A stretch of DNA of 64,000 nt from Perna viridis (Eukaryota), in the NCBI GenBank assembly GCA_037379345.1, contig CM074521.1, positions 25,940,704 through 26,004,703 on the forward strand, read 5' to 3'. This document shows positions 51,001 to 63,000 of the stretch, piece by piece. Made by a program: the position numbers and the translations under genes. How positions within the stretch are numbered: the first letter of the stretch is position 1; the number at the start of each line of letters is the position of its first letter. Under the pieces are notes generated by a model that worked only from the letters and a program-made list of their open reading frames with translations, made no database searches and was not told the DNA's origin.

Positions 51001-54000
51001 TATTCTGCTCATGATAAAATTACGGGAAAATTGGCTACAGCCTTAACAGCAAATTGCCAATAAAATCCGAAATGGATTCAACAATCTAATACCAAATAAC
51101 CGGTTACCCTGGCAGATTTAAAATTTGATATATTTTGAAGCAAGATTAAGTGTAGAATTTTGATGATTCTAAGCAGGGCACTCGTTATACAGTATATAAA
51201 TTCAAATATACTTATTTTATTGAGCATACTTTTACAGAAGTTAGATACTATAGTTTATGTTTACCTAATGTTGTACCAATTGTGGTTATAGATGTAGTGC
51301 TAGAAGATGGTGCTGGTGGTGTTGTAGTTCCTGTAGTTGATTCTGAAATGAGAAACAAAAACACAATTATATAAACCACGCCAACCACCCTTGCCTTTGC
51401 AATTATTGAAAACCAATTGATTAACCATTTTTTTACCAACTAAAAGAGATAAGCACAAGAAGATGAAAAAAATTTGATAATTAAAAAAAGGCAAAATTGT
51501 AAAGAAGACAGCTGAAATAATAATAAAACTTTAAGTAGTTCATGTTAAAACAACATTTTAATTATAGAAAAAAAATCATTAAATGGTTTCCTTGCAATAG
51601 CAACCATAAAACCATAGGTAGAGCCTCAAACACACTGCACGCCAGTGTATGCTATTACATCATAACAGTGCTTTCACCATGAGCTTAAACACACATTAGA
51701 AGCTACAACTAAAATGCATAAAATTATTTACAGAATAGTAGTAGCTTTCGTAGCACAATAAGCAGTAACTGATGGAACTGATATGGTTTCTCTACCAATA
51801 CACCTGATGTAGTTCCTCAAGATTTCTGGGAATCAGTACATAGTGGTGTCAGTAATGGTTTAAATCTATATTAGGCTAGCTGCTTTTTTTTCCATTGGTG
51901 GTACCTGAATTTGTTTGGAAAGTTCTTCCAGCAGTGGTACCGTATATGGTCAGACACGATGTTTTTTTTTCAGCTGTGGTTCCTGATATTATAAGAATGG
52001 TTGCGTACCTGATGTAGCTTGGGTAGCAGTTAATATGGCAGTGAAACTGAATGGTTTAACGTAGTTTGCTAGGAGTGGTATTTGGTACAATTTGGCTAGA
52101 AGTAAACCCAGCAGAAATTAAGATTTGTACTAAACAGTTTTGTCAGCAGTATTACCAGATTACGCATTAAGTGGTTCAGTGAAACATAATATTTTCTCGC
52201 AAGATGTACCAGATTTAATACTTCTATTGTTGGTTTTTGAAACTGCTCCATCAGCAATAGCAACTACAATTTACTACTCACTCAAACTACGAACACCTAT
52301 CAAAAAACCACGTCATAATATGGATCTTGGCACAAAGTAAACAGTACCCAAAATTAAAGTGACAAATATATTTCTAATTTCAATAACTAGGATAAATGTA
52401 TTGGATAACGTCTATTGATAATTTGGGAATGTTACAATTCAAGTAATTTAAACAGTAAGTAGTATTTACTTTATTTTATAATTATAGAAAATAAGCATTC
52501 CCCTACAAAGATTAACCCTTTGATCAAAAGCTTAAAAAATCCCAAGAGTAAATAAATTTCAATAATTAAATAATAAAGGTGTAACATATGACTGTCCATT
52601 CTTTCCTTGAGACAGCCCTCATTAAATACCTTAAAACCTGCTAATTACGCCATTTCTGTTTCTGCACAAAATACTGTATACGTTCTTTTGTAGGATAGAC
52701 GTTTACAACATCATATGAAAATCTTCGAAGAAAGTTTGTGGATTTAAGTTTATAATGTTATTTATAACAACACATAATTAAAATACGTCTTGCGTAACAA
52801 AATAATTGATCATACAAAGTTCTAAATGCAATTTCAATGTATATACTTTTGTTGAACCACCCTGTAGAAAGGGTTTTTCTATGCCTTTAGATTTTCTGGT
52901 TTTTTAAACAGTATAGTGATTTTTGAATATCTTCATTACTCATGAAATGTTTACATCCAAATCCCTGTTGATTGTGTTCCTACAGTGGTTGTTATAGAGA
53001 GAACCTGACCACTACAATTAGTACAAGAAAAAAAAAGTTGTGGTTTGACTAGCTGTTGTAACAGATGTAGTTACTGAATTGTTTTATCCATTTTATTTAT
53101 CAGAAAAAAACATCTTATTCACAATGCTTAACTTCTACATATTCATTTGCTTTTACATTCCATCTGTAAATTTTACATGTATACTAATTCTTAAAAAGCA
53201 AATAATCAACAAACCAAATAGAAAAAAAAAGAATTAGTGAGAAAAGTAACAGTACTTCCAAAAAGACAGTAAGCATTTAGATACACAACACAACAAATAA
53301 CAATGGAACAATTCTCAATAATAATACAACACTTCATTGATGCATAACACTTATGAGGAGCAGTCTTAACTTAAATGCAAATAGAGCTTCAGCAACATAT
53401 TTTTGAAAAGTTCTCAGATGAACAATCAATAACTCATTACCTGAGTTACTAAATATGTTGTTCATGTAGGAACTTGGCCAGTTGGTTGAGAAGTAACCGG
53501 ATGTTGTGAGAAAAACTACCTGATGTGGTCGAACTAACTGTTGTTAGTGGAGCAGTTCTACCAGATGTAGTACTCTGGCTGACTGTTCAAACAGATGTAA
53601 TTGCTTGTGTGGTTGTTGGAGCAGTAGTATCTGACATAGCCTGAATAGTAGTAGTACCTTGAGTGGTTGGTGGTGCAGGAGTTCCTGATGTAGTCTATCT
53701 GTTGTGTCTAATGTAATACCTTGTGAAAATGGTGGCGCAGTAGTTTTTGATGTAGTCTTAGTTACTGATGTACATATATTGTACCTTGTGTGGTAGATAG
53801 AGAAAGAATAACTGGTGTGTTCTGACTAGCTGTGTTTATTTGTGTGGTAGATGGAAAAGGAGTACCTGATGTGTCAGATTTACGATTGTACCAGCTGTGG
53901 TACTTGTGTGGTTGGTGCACCAGTCGTGCCTGAAGCCGTCTAGATTGTACTAATGTAGTTACTTGAGTGCTTGGTGGAGCAGGAGTACCTGAAGTAGTCT

Positions 54001-57000
54001 GACTTGCTCTTGTACCAGAAGTAGTAACTTGTGTGCTTGGTGGGGCAGTACTTGATGTGGTCTGACTAGCAATTGTACCAGATGTAATTTCTAGTATCGC
54101 TGATGGAGCAGGAGAACCTGCACTTGTTTGGCAGGGTTTTGTACCAGAAGTACTACCTTGTGTAGTTGGAGGAGCAGTAGTTCCTGAAGTTTTCTGATAA
54201 GCTATTGTTCCACAAGTAGAACCGTATGTATTTGGTGGAGCAACAGTTTTTTTGGCTAGTTGTAGTGCAAGATGTAGTTACTAATGTTTGATTTAATGTA
54301 CGGTCAGTGGTTGGGACCGATGTTTGGCTTGTTGCAGATGTAGTTGTACTAGCTGTTGTTCCAGTTGGCGGTGGGGGTGGAGTAGTTTGATCTGTTGTTG
54401 ATTCTGGGAGAAGTTATCGAATGTATTCTTTAACATAAACCACTTTTCATCTCACCTTACTCTGATTTCCCATGCCAGACGAATGGCATATCAAAAGGAA
54501 ACAAACAGAACAAAACAACAACAGAACAAATTACAAAGGTTCATATCTCCATAATATGACCAAAATTCATTGAGAAAACGAGGAGCGGTATTTCGCTTCT
54601 CATTGACTTAAATACTAATATAGTTTGAGCTAAGAATATTTTAAATGTCTCAATGTGCTGATGAACAACAATCAATTACCTGTTGATTGAGTAACCAAAG
54701 ATGTTGTTCCTGTAGGAGTTTGACCAGTTGATGGTGAGGTAGCCGATGTTGTCAGACTGACAGTTGTTGTAGGTGGAGCAGTAGTACCTGATGTAGTCTG
54801 ACCAGTAGTAGTACCTTGGGTGGTTGGGGGAGCAGGTGTTCCTGATGTTGTCTGGCTAACTGTAGTGCCAGATGTAGTTCCTTGTGTGGTTGTGGGAGTA
54901 GTCGTTCCTGATGTGGTCTGGCTTACTGTTGTAGATTTAGTTACTTGAGTGCTTGATGATGTAGTGGTTCCTGAGGTGCCCTGACTTGCTGTTGTACCAG
55001 AAGTGGTAACTTGTGTAGTTGGAGCCGGTGTACCGGATGTAGTCGGACTTTCTGTTGTACCTGATGTAGTACCTTGTGTGCTTGGTGGTGCAGGAGTTCC
55101 TGATGTGGTCTGAATAGTGGCTGTACTAGATGTAGTACCTTGTGAAGTTGGTGGAGCAGTAGTACCTGGTGTAGTTTGACTAGTTGTTGTACTAGATGTA
55201 GTACCTTGTGTGGTTGTTGGTGCAGGAGTACCTGATGTGGTCTGACTAGCTGTTGTTCCAGATGTAGTTACTTGTGTGGTAGATGGAGCTGGAGTACCTG
55301 AAGTTGTCTGACTTCCTGTTGTACCTGAAGTAGTAACTTGTGTGGTTGGTGGAGCAGTACTTGATGTGGTCTGACTAGCTGTTGTACCAGATGTAGTACC
55401 GTGTGTGGTTGTAGGGGCAGGAGTACCTGAAGTTGTCTGGCTGGCTGTTGCACCAGATGTTGTACCTTGTGAGGTTGGTAGAGTAGTAGAGCCTGAAGTT
55501 GTCTGACTAGCTGTTGTTCCAGAAGTAGAACCAGGTGTAGTTGGAGAAGTAGTACTTGAGGTGGTTTGGCTTGTTGTAGTGACAGATGTAGTTACTGATG
55601 TTTGAGTTAAAGTAGTGCCAGTGGTGGTTTCTGATGTTTGGCTGGTTGTCTCAGATGTGGTGGTACTAGCTGTTGTTCCAGTTGGAGGTGGAGGTGGAGT
55701 AGTTTGTCCTGTTGTTGATTCTGGAAGAAGTTATCAAACGTTTCTTAAACATAAACCATTTTTCCATATTACTTTAGTCCTTTCTCTTATTTCCCATAGC
55801 AGTCGTCGGATAACAACAAAACAAATTAAAAAGTTTCAAACCTCCATAAAATGACAAAAAACTGATTGAGGAATAACATTTAAGAGGAGCTGTACTTGGC
55901 TTCTCTTTGACTTGTATGCTTGTATAGTTTGGGCAAAATATTTTTGAAATGTTCTCAATCTGCTGATGAAAACAAATAACTTACCCGTTGATTGTGTTAT
56001 TAAAGATGTTGTTCCTGTAGGTGTTTGACCAGTTGGTGGGGTAGTAACTGATGTTGTAGCAGAAACAGTACCAGATGTGGCCAGACTAACAGTTGTTGTA
56101 GGTGGAGCAGTAGTACTTGATGTAGTCTGACTAATTGTTGTACCAGATGTAGTACCTTGTGTAGTTAGTGATGCAGGAGTTCCTGATGTGGTCTGACTAG
56201 CTGTTGTTCCAGAAGTAGTTCCTTGTGTGGTTGGTGGAGCAGTGGTACCTGATGTAGTCTGACTAGCTGTTGAGCCAGATGTAGAACCTTGTGTGGTAGT
56301 AGGAGGAGGTGTGGTTGGTGGAGCAGTGGTACCTGATGTGGTCAGACTAGCTGTTGTTCCAGATGTGGAACTTTGTGTGGTAGTAGGAGGAGGAGTGGTT
56401 GGTGGAGCAGTGGTACCTGATGTGGTCTGACTAGCTGTTGTGCCAGATGTAGAACTTTGTGTGGTAGTAGGAGGAGGTGTGGTTGGTGGAGCAGTGGTAC
56501 CTGATGTGGTCTGACTAGCTGTTGTGCCAGATGTAGAACTTTGTGTGGTAGTAGGAGGAGGTGTGGTTGGTGAAGCAGTGGTACCTGATGTAGTCTGACT
56601 AGCTGTTGTGCCAGATGTAGAACTTTGTGTGGTAGTAGGAGGAGGAGTTGTTGGTGGAGCAGTGGTACCTGATGTGGTCTGACTAGCTGTTGTGCCAGAA
56701 GTAGTTCCTTGTGTAGTTGGTGAAGCAGTGGTACCTGATGTGGTCAGACTAGCTGTTGTACCTGATGTAGTACCTGGTGTGGTTGGTGGGGCAGTGGTAC
56801 CTGATGTGGACTGACTAGCTGTTGTACCTGATGTAGTACCTTGTGTGCTTGTTGTTGCAGCAGTTCCTGATGTGGTCTGACTAGTGGCTGTACTAGAGAT
56901 AGTACTTTGTGAAGTTGGTGGAGCAGTAGTACCTGGTGTAGTTTGACTAGTTGTTGTAATAGATGTAGTACCTTGCGTGGTAGTTGGTGCAGTGGTACCT

Positions 57001-60000
57001 AATGTGGTCTGACTAGCTGTTGTTCCTGATGTAGTTACTTGTGTTGTAGATGGAGCTGGAGTACCTGAAGTTGTCTGACTTGCAGTTGTACCAGATGTAG
57101 TTACTTGTGTGGTTCGTGGAGCAGTAGTTGATGTGGTCTGACTAGCTGCTGTACTAGATGTAGTACTTTGTGTGGTTGGTGGAGCAGGAGTACCTGAAGT
57201 TGTCTGGCTGGCTGTTGTACCAGATGTTGAACCTTGTGTGGTTGGTTGAGTAGTAGAGCCTGAAGTTGTCTGACTAGCTGTTGTTCCAGAAGTAGAACCT
57301 GGTGTAGTTGGTGGAGAAGTAGTACCTGAGGTGATTTGGCTTGTTGTAGTGACAGATGTAGTTACTGATGTTTGAGTTAAAGTAGTGCCAGTGGTGGTTT
57401 CTGATGTTTGGCTGGTTGTCTCAGATGTGGTGGTACTAGCTGTTGTTCCAGTTGGAGGTGGAGGTGGAGTAGTTTGTCCTGTTGTTGATTCTGGAAGAAG
57501 TTATCAAACGTTTCTTAAACATAAACCATTTTTCCATATTACTTTAGTCCTTTCTCTTAATTCCCATAGCAGTCGTCGGATAAATTGTTTAATTCATGTT
57601 ATTTAATCACAAAAACAGATCATCTAGAATGCTAGATTGGCAACAATTTCAATTGCTTTTAAATGGATATGTAGATTTTATGTTAATTGAAAAAAAAAAA
57701 ACTACAAATAAACAACAAAACCACATAAAAACACATACAAAATGAGAAAGAATTGGTGAGACGAGTAGCAGTAAGTTCAAAAGTACAACAAACACATAAA
57801 CAACATACAAATTAAAAAGTTTCAAATCTCCATAAAAATGACAAACAACTGATTGAGGAATAACATTTATGAGGAGCTGTACTTGGCTTCTCTTTGACTT
57901 GTATGCTTGCATAGTTTGGGTTAATTATTTTTGAAATGTTTTCAATCTGCTGATGAAAACAAATCACTTACCCGTTGATTGTGTTATTAAAGATGTTGTT
58001 CCTGTAGGTGTTTGACCAGTTGGTGGGGTAGTAGCTGCTGTTGTAGCAGAAACAGTACCAGATGTAGTCAGACTAACAGTTGTTGTAGGTGGAGCAGTAG
58101 TACCTGATGTAGTCTGGCTGGCTGTTGAACCAGTTGTAGGACCTTGTGTGGTTGGTGGTGCAGTGGTACCTGATGTAGTCTGACTAATTGTTGTACCAGA
58201 TGTAGTACCTTGTGTGGTTGTTGATGCAGGAGTTCCTGATGTGGTCTGACTAGCTGTTGTTCCAGAAGTAGTTCCTTGTGTAGTTGGTGAAGCAGTGGTA
58301 CCTGATGTGGTCTGACTAGCTGTTTTTCCAGATGTAGAACTTTGTGTGGTAGTAGGAGGAGGAGTGGTTGGTGGAGCAGTGGTACCTGATGTGGTCTGAC
58401 TAGCTGTTGTGCCAGATGTAGAACTTTGTGTGGTAGTAGGAGGAGTGGTTGGTGGAGCAGTGGTACCTGATGTGGTCTGACTAACTGTTGTTCCAGAAGT
58501 AGTTCCTTGTGTAGTTGGTGAAGCAGTGGTACCTGATGTGGTCTGACTAGCTGTTGTACCTGATGTAGTACCTGGTGTGGTTGGTGGGGCAGTGGTACCT
58601 GATGTGGACTGACTAGCTGTTGTACCTGATGTAGTACCTTGTGTGCTTGTTGTTGCAGCAGTTCCTGATGTGGTCTGACTAGTGGCTGTACTAGAGGTAG
58701 TACTTTGTGAAGTTGGTGGAGCAGTAGTACCTGGTGTAGTTTGACTAGTTGTTGTAATATATGTAGAACTTTGCGTGGTAGTTGGTGCAGGAGTACCTGA
58801 TGTGGTCTGACTAGCTGTTGTTCCTGATGTAGTTACTTGTGTGGTAGATGGAGCTGGAGTACCTGAAGTTGTCCGACTTCCTGTCGTACCAGATGTAGTT
58901 ACTTGTGTGGTTCGTGGAGCAGTAGTTGATGTGGTCTGACTAGCTGTTGTACTAGATGTAGTACTTTGTGTGGTTGGTGGAGCAGGAGTACCTGAAGTTG
59001 TCTGGCTGGCTGTTGTACCAGATGTTGTACCTTGTGTGGTTGGTTGAGTAGTAGAGCCTGAAGCTGTCTGACTAGCTGTTGTTCCAGAAGTAGAACCTGG
59101 TGTAGTTGGTGGAGAAGTAGTACCTGAGGTGATTTGGCTTGTTGTAGTGACAGATGTAGTTACTGATGTTTGAGTTAAAGTAGTGCCAGTGGTGGTTTCT
59201 GATGTTTGGCTGGTTGTCTCAGATGTGGTGGTACTAGCTGTTGTTCCAGTTGGAGGTGGAGGTGGAGTAGTTTGTCCTGTTGTTGATTCTGGAAGAAGTT
59301 ATCAAACGTTTCTTAAACATAAACCATTTTTCCATCTTACTTTAGTCCTTTCTCTTAATTCCCATAGCAGTCGTCGGATAAATTCTTTAATTCATGTTAT
59401 TTAATCACAAAAAACAGCTCATCTAGAATGCTAGATTGGCAACAATTTCAATTGCTTTTAAATGGATATGTAGATTTTATGTTAATTGAAAAAAAACTAC
59501 AAATAAACAACATAAACACATACAAAATGAGAAAGAATTGGTGAGACGAGTAGCAGTAAGTTCAAAAGTACAACAAACACATAAACAACAAAACAAATTA
59601 AAAAGTTTCAAATCTCCATAAAAATGACAAAAAAACTCATTGAGGAATAACATTTATTAGGAGCTTTACTTGGCTTCTCTTTGACATGTATGCTTGTATA
59701 GTTTGGGCAAAATATTTTTGAAATGTTTTCAATCTGCTGATGAAAACAAATCACTTACCCGTTGATTGTGTTATTAAAGATGTTGTTCCTGTAGGTGTTT
59801 GACCAGTTGGTGGGGTAGTAGCTGATGTTGTAGCAGAAACAGTACCAGATGTGGTCAGACTAACAGTTGTTGTAGGTGGAGCAGTAGTACCTGATGTAGT
59901 CTGGCTGGCTGTTGAACCAGTTGCAGTACCTTGTGTGGTTGGCGGTGCAGTAGTACCTGATGTGGTCTGACTAATTGTTGTACCAGAAGTAGTTCCTTGT

Positions 60001-63000
60001 GTAGTTGGTGAAGCAGTGGTACCTGATGTGGTCTGACTAGCTGTTGTGCCAGATGTAGAACTTTGTGTGGTAGTAGTAGGAGGAGGAGTGGTTGGTGGCG
60101 CAGTGGTACCTGATGTAGTCTGACTAGCTGTTGTTCCAGAAGTAGTTCCTTGTGTAGTTGGTGAAGCAGTGGTACCTGATGTGGTCAGACTAGCTGTTGT
60201 ACCTGATGTAGTACCTGGTGTGGTTGGTGGGGCAGGAGTACCTGATGTGGACTGACTAGCTGTTGTACCTGATGTAGTACCTTGTGTGCTTGTTGTTGCA
60301 GCAGTTCCTGATGTGGTCTGACTAGTGGCTGTACTAGAGGTAGTACCTTGTGAAGTTGGTGGAGCAGTAGTACCTGGTGTAGTTTGACTAGTTGTTGTAA
60401 TAGATGTAGTACCTTGCGTGGTAGTTGGTGCAGGAGTACCTGATGTGGTCTGACTAACTGTTGTTCCTGATGTAGTTACTTGTGTGGTAGATGGAGCTGA
60501 AGTACCTGAAGTTGTCTGACTTGCAGTTGTACCAGATGTAGTTACTTGTGTGGTTGGTGGAGCAGTAGTTGATGTGGTCTGACTAGCTGTTGTACCAGAT
60601 GTAGTACTTTGTGTGGTTGGTGGAGCAGGAGTTCCTGCTGTGGTCTGACTAGCTGTTGTTCCAGAAGTAGTTCCTTGTGTAGTTGGTGAAGCAGTGGTAC
60701 CTGATGTGGTCTGACTAGCTGTTGTGCCAGATGTAGAACTTTGTGTGGTAGTAGTAGGAGGAGGAGTGGTTGGTGGAGCAGTGGTACCTGATGTAGTCTG
60801 ACTAGCTGTTGTTCCAGAAGTAGTTCCTTGTGTAGTTGGTGAAGCAGTGGTACCTGATGTGGTCAGACTAGCTGTTGTACCTGATGTAGTACCTGGTGTG
60901 GTTGGTGGGGCAGTGGTACCTGATGTGGACTGACTAGCTGTTGTACCTGATGTAGTACCTGGTGTGGTTGGTGGGGCAGTGGTACCTGATGTGGACTGAC
61001 TAGCTGTTGTACCTGATGTAGTACCTTGTGTGCTTGTTGTTGCAGCAGTTCCTGATGTGGTCTGACTAGTGGCTGTACTAGAGGTAGTACCTTGTGAAGT
61101 TGGTGGAGCAGTAGTACCTGGTGTAGTTTGACTAGTTGTTGTAATAGATGTAGTACCTTGCGTGGTAGTTGGTGCAGGAGTACCTGATGTGGTCTGACTA
61201 ACTGTTGTTCCTGATGTAGTTACTTGTGTGGTAGATGGAGCTGGAGTACCTGAAGTTGTCTGACTTGCAGTTGTACCAGATGTAGTTACTTGTGTGGTTG
61301 GTGGAGCAGTAGTTGATGTGGTCTGACTAGCTGTTGTTCCTGATGTAGTTACTTGTGTGGTAGATGGAGCTGGAGTACCTGAAGTTGTCCGACTTCCTGT
61401 CGTACCAGATGTAGTTACTTGTGTGGTTGGTGGAGCAGTGGTTGATGTGGTCTGACTAGCTGTTGTACCAGATGTAGTACTTTGTGTGGTTCGTGGAGCA
61501 GTAGTTGATGTGGTCTGACTAGCTGTTGTACTAGATGTAGTACTTTGTGTGGTTGGTGGAGCAGGAGTACCTGAAGTTGTCTGGCTGGCTGTTGTACCAG
61601 ATGTTGAACCTTGTGTGGTTGGTTGAGTAGTAGAGCCTGAAGCTGTCTGACTAGCTGTTGTTCCAGAAGTAGAACCTGGTGTAGTTGGTGGAGAAGTAGT
61701 ACCTGAGGTGATTTGGCTTGTTGTAGTGACAGATGTAGTTACTGATGTTTGAGTTAAAGTAGTGCCAGTGGTGGTTTCTGATGTTTGACTGGTTGTCTCA
61801 GATGTGGTGGTACTAGCTGTTGTTCCAGTTGGAGGTGGAGGTGGAGTAGTTTGTCCTGTTGTTGATTCTGGAAGAAGTTATCAAACGTTTCTTAAACATA
61901 AACCATTTTTCCATCTTACTTAAGTCCTTTCTCTTAATTCCCATAGCAGTTGCCGGATAAATTCTTTAATTCATGTTATTTAATCACAAAAACAGCTCAT
62001 CTAGAATGTTAGATTAGCAACAATTTCAACTGCTTTTAAATGGATATGTAGATTTTATGTTAATTGAAAAAAAAAACTACAAATAAACAACAAAAACACA
62101 TACAACATGAGAAAGAATTGGTGAGACGAGTAGCAGTAAGTTCAAAAAGACAACAATCACATAAACAACAAAACAAATTAAAAAGTTTCAAATCTCCATA
62201 AAAATGACAAAAAAACTCATTGAGGAATAACATTTATGAGGAGCTGTACTTGGCTTCTCTTTGACATGTATGCCTGTTTAGTTTGGGCAAAATATTTTTG
62301 AAATGTTCTCAATCTGCTGATGAAAAAAATCACTTACCCGTTGATTGTGTTATTAAAGATGTTGTTCCTGTAGGTGTTTGACCAGTTGGTGGGGTAGTAG
62401 CTGATGTTGTAGCAGAAACAGTAGCAGTTGTGGTCAGACTAACAGTTGTTGTAGGTGGAGCAGTAGTACCTGATGTAGTCTGGCTGGCTGTTGAACCAGT
62501 TGTAGTACCTTGTGTGGTTGGTGGTGCAGTGGTACCTGATGTAGTCTGACTAACTGTTGTACCAGATGTAGTACCTTGTGTGGTTGGTGATGCAGGAGTT
62601 CCTGATGTGGTCTGACTAGCTGTTGTTCCAGAAGTAGTTCCTTGTGTAGTTGGTGAAGCAGTGGTACCCGATGTGGTCTGACTAGCTGTTGTTCCAGATG
62701 TAGAACTTTGTGTGGTAGTAGGAGGAGGTGTGGTTGGTGGAGCAGTGGTACCTGATGTAGTCTGACTAGCTGTTGTGCCAGATGTAGAACTTTGTGTGGT
62801 AGTAGGAGGAGTGGTTCGTGGAGCAGTGGTACCTGATGTGGTTTGACTAGCTGTTGTGCCAGAAGTAGTTCCTTGTGTAGTTAGTGAAGCAGTGGTACCC
62901 GATGTGGTCTGACTAGCTGTTGTGCCAGATGTAGAACTTTGTGTGGTAGTAGGAGGAGGAGTGGTTGGTGGAGCAGTGGTACCTGATGTGGTTTGACTAG

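Larger units (their letters stand above)
53400..62600. repeat. second exon+intron duplication array (1.3-2.6 kb units with internal ~66-bp VNTR)
   Basis: Near-identical introns 57491-57971, 59289-59758 and 61868-62337; deleted version 55721-55984; diverged version 54404-54679. Confidence 0.9.

Noticed and set aside
36716-59404. Plus-strand Val/Pro/Asp-rich ORFs (MVPDVVPC..., MPVVVSDVW...)
   Set aside because: Antisense shadows of the PTS codons; the splice signals are all on the minus strand.
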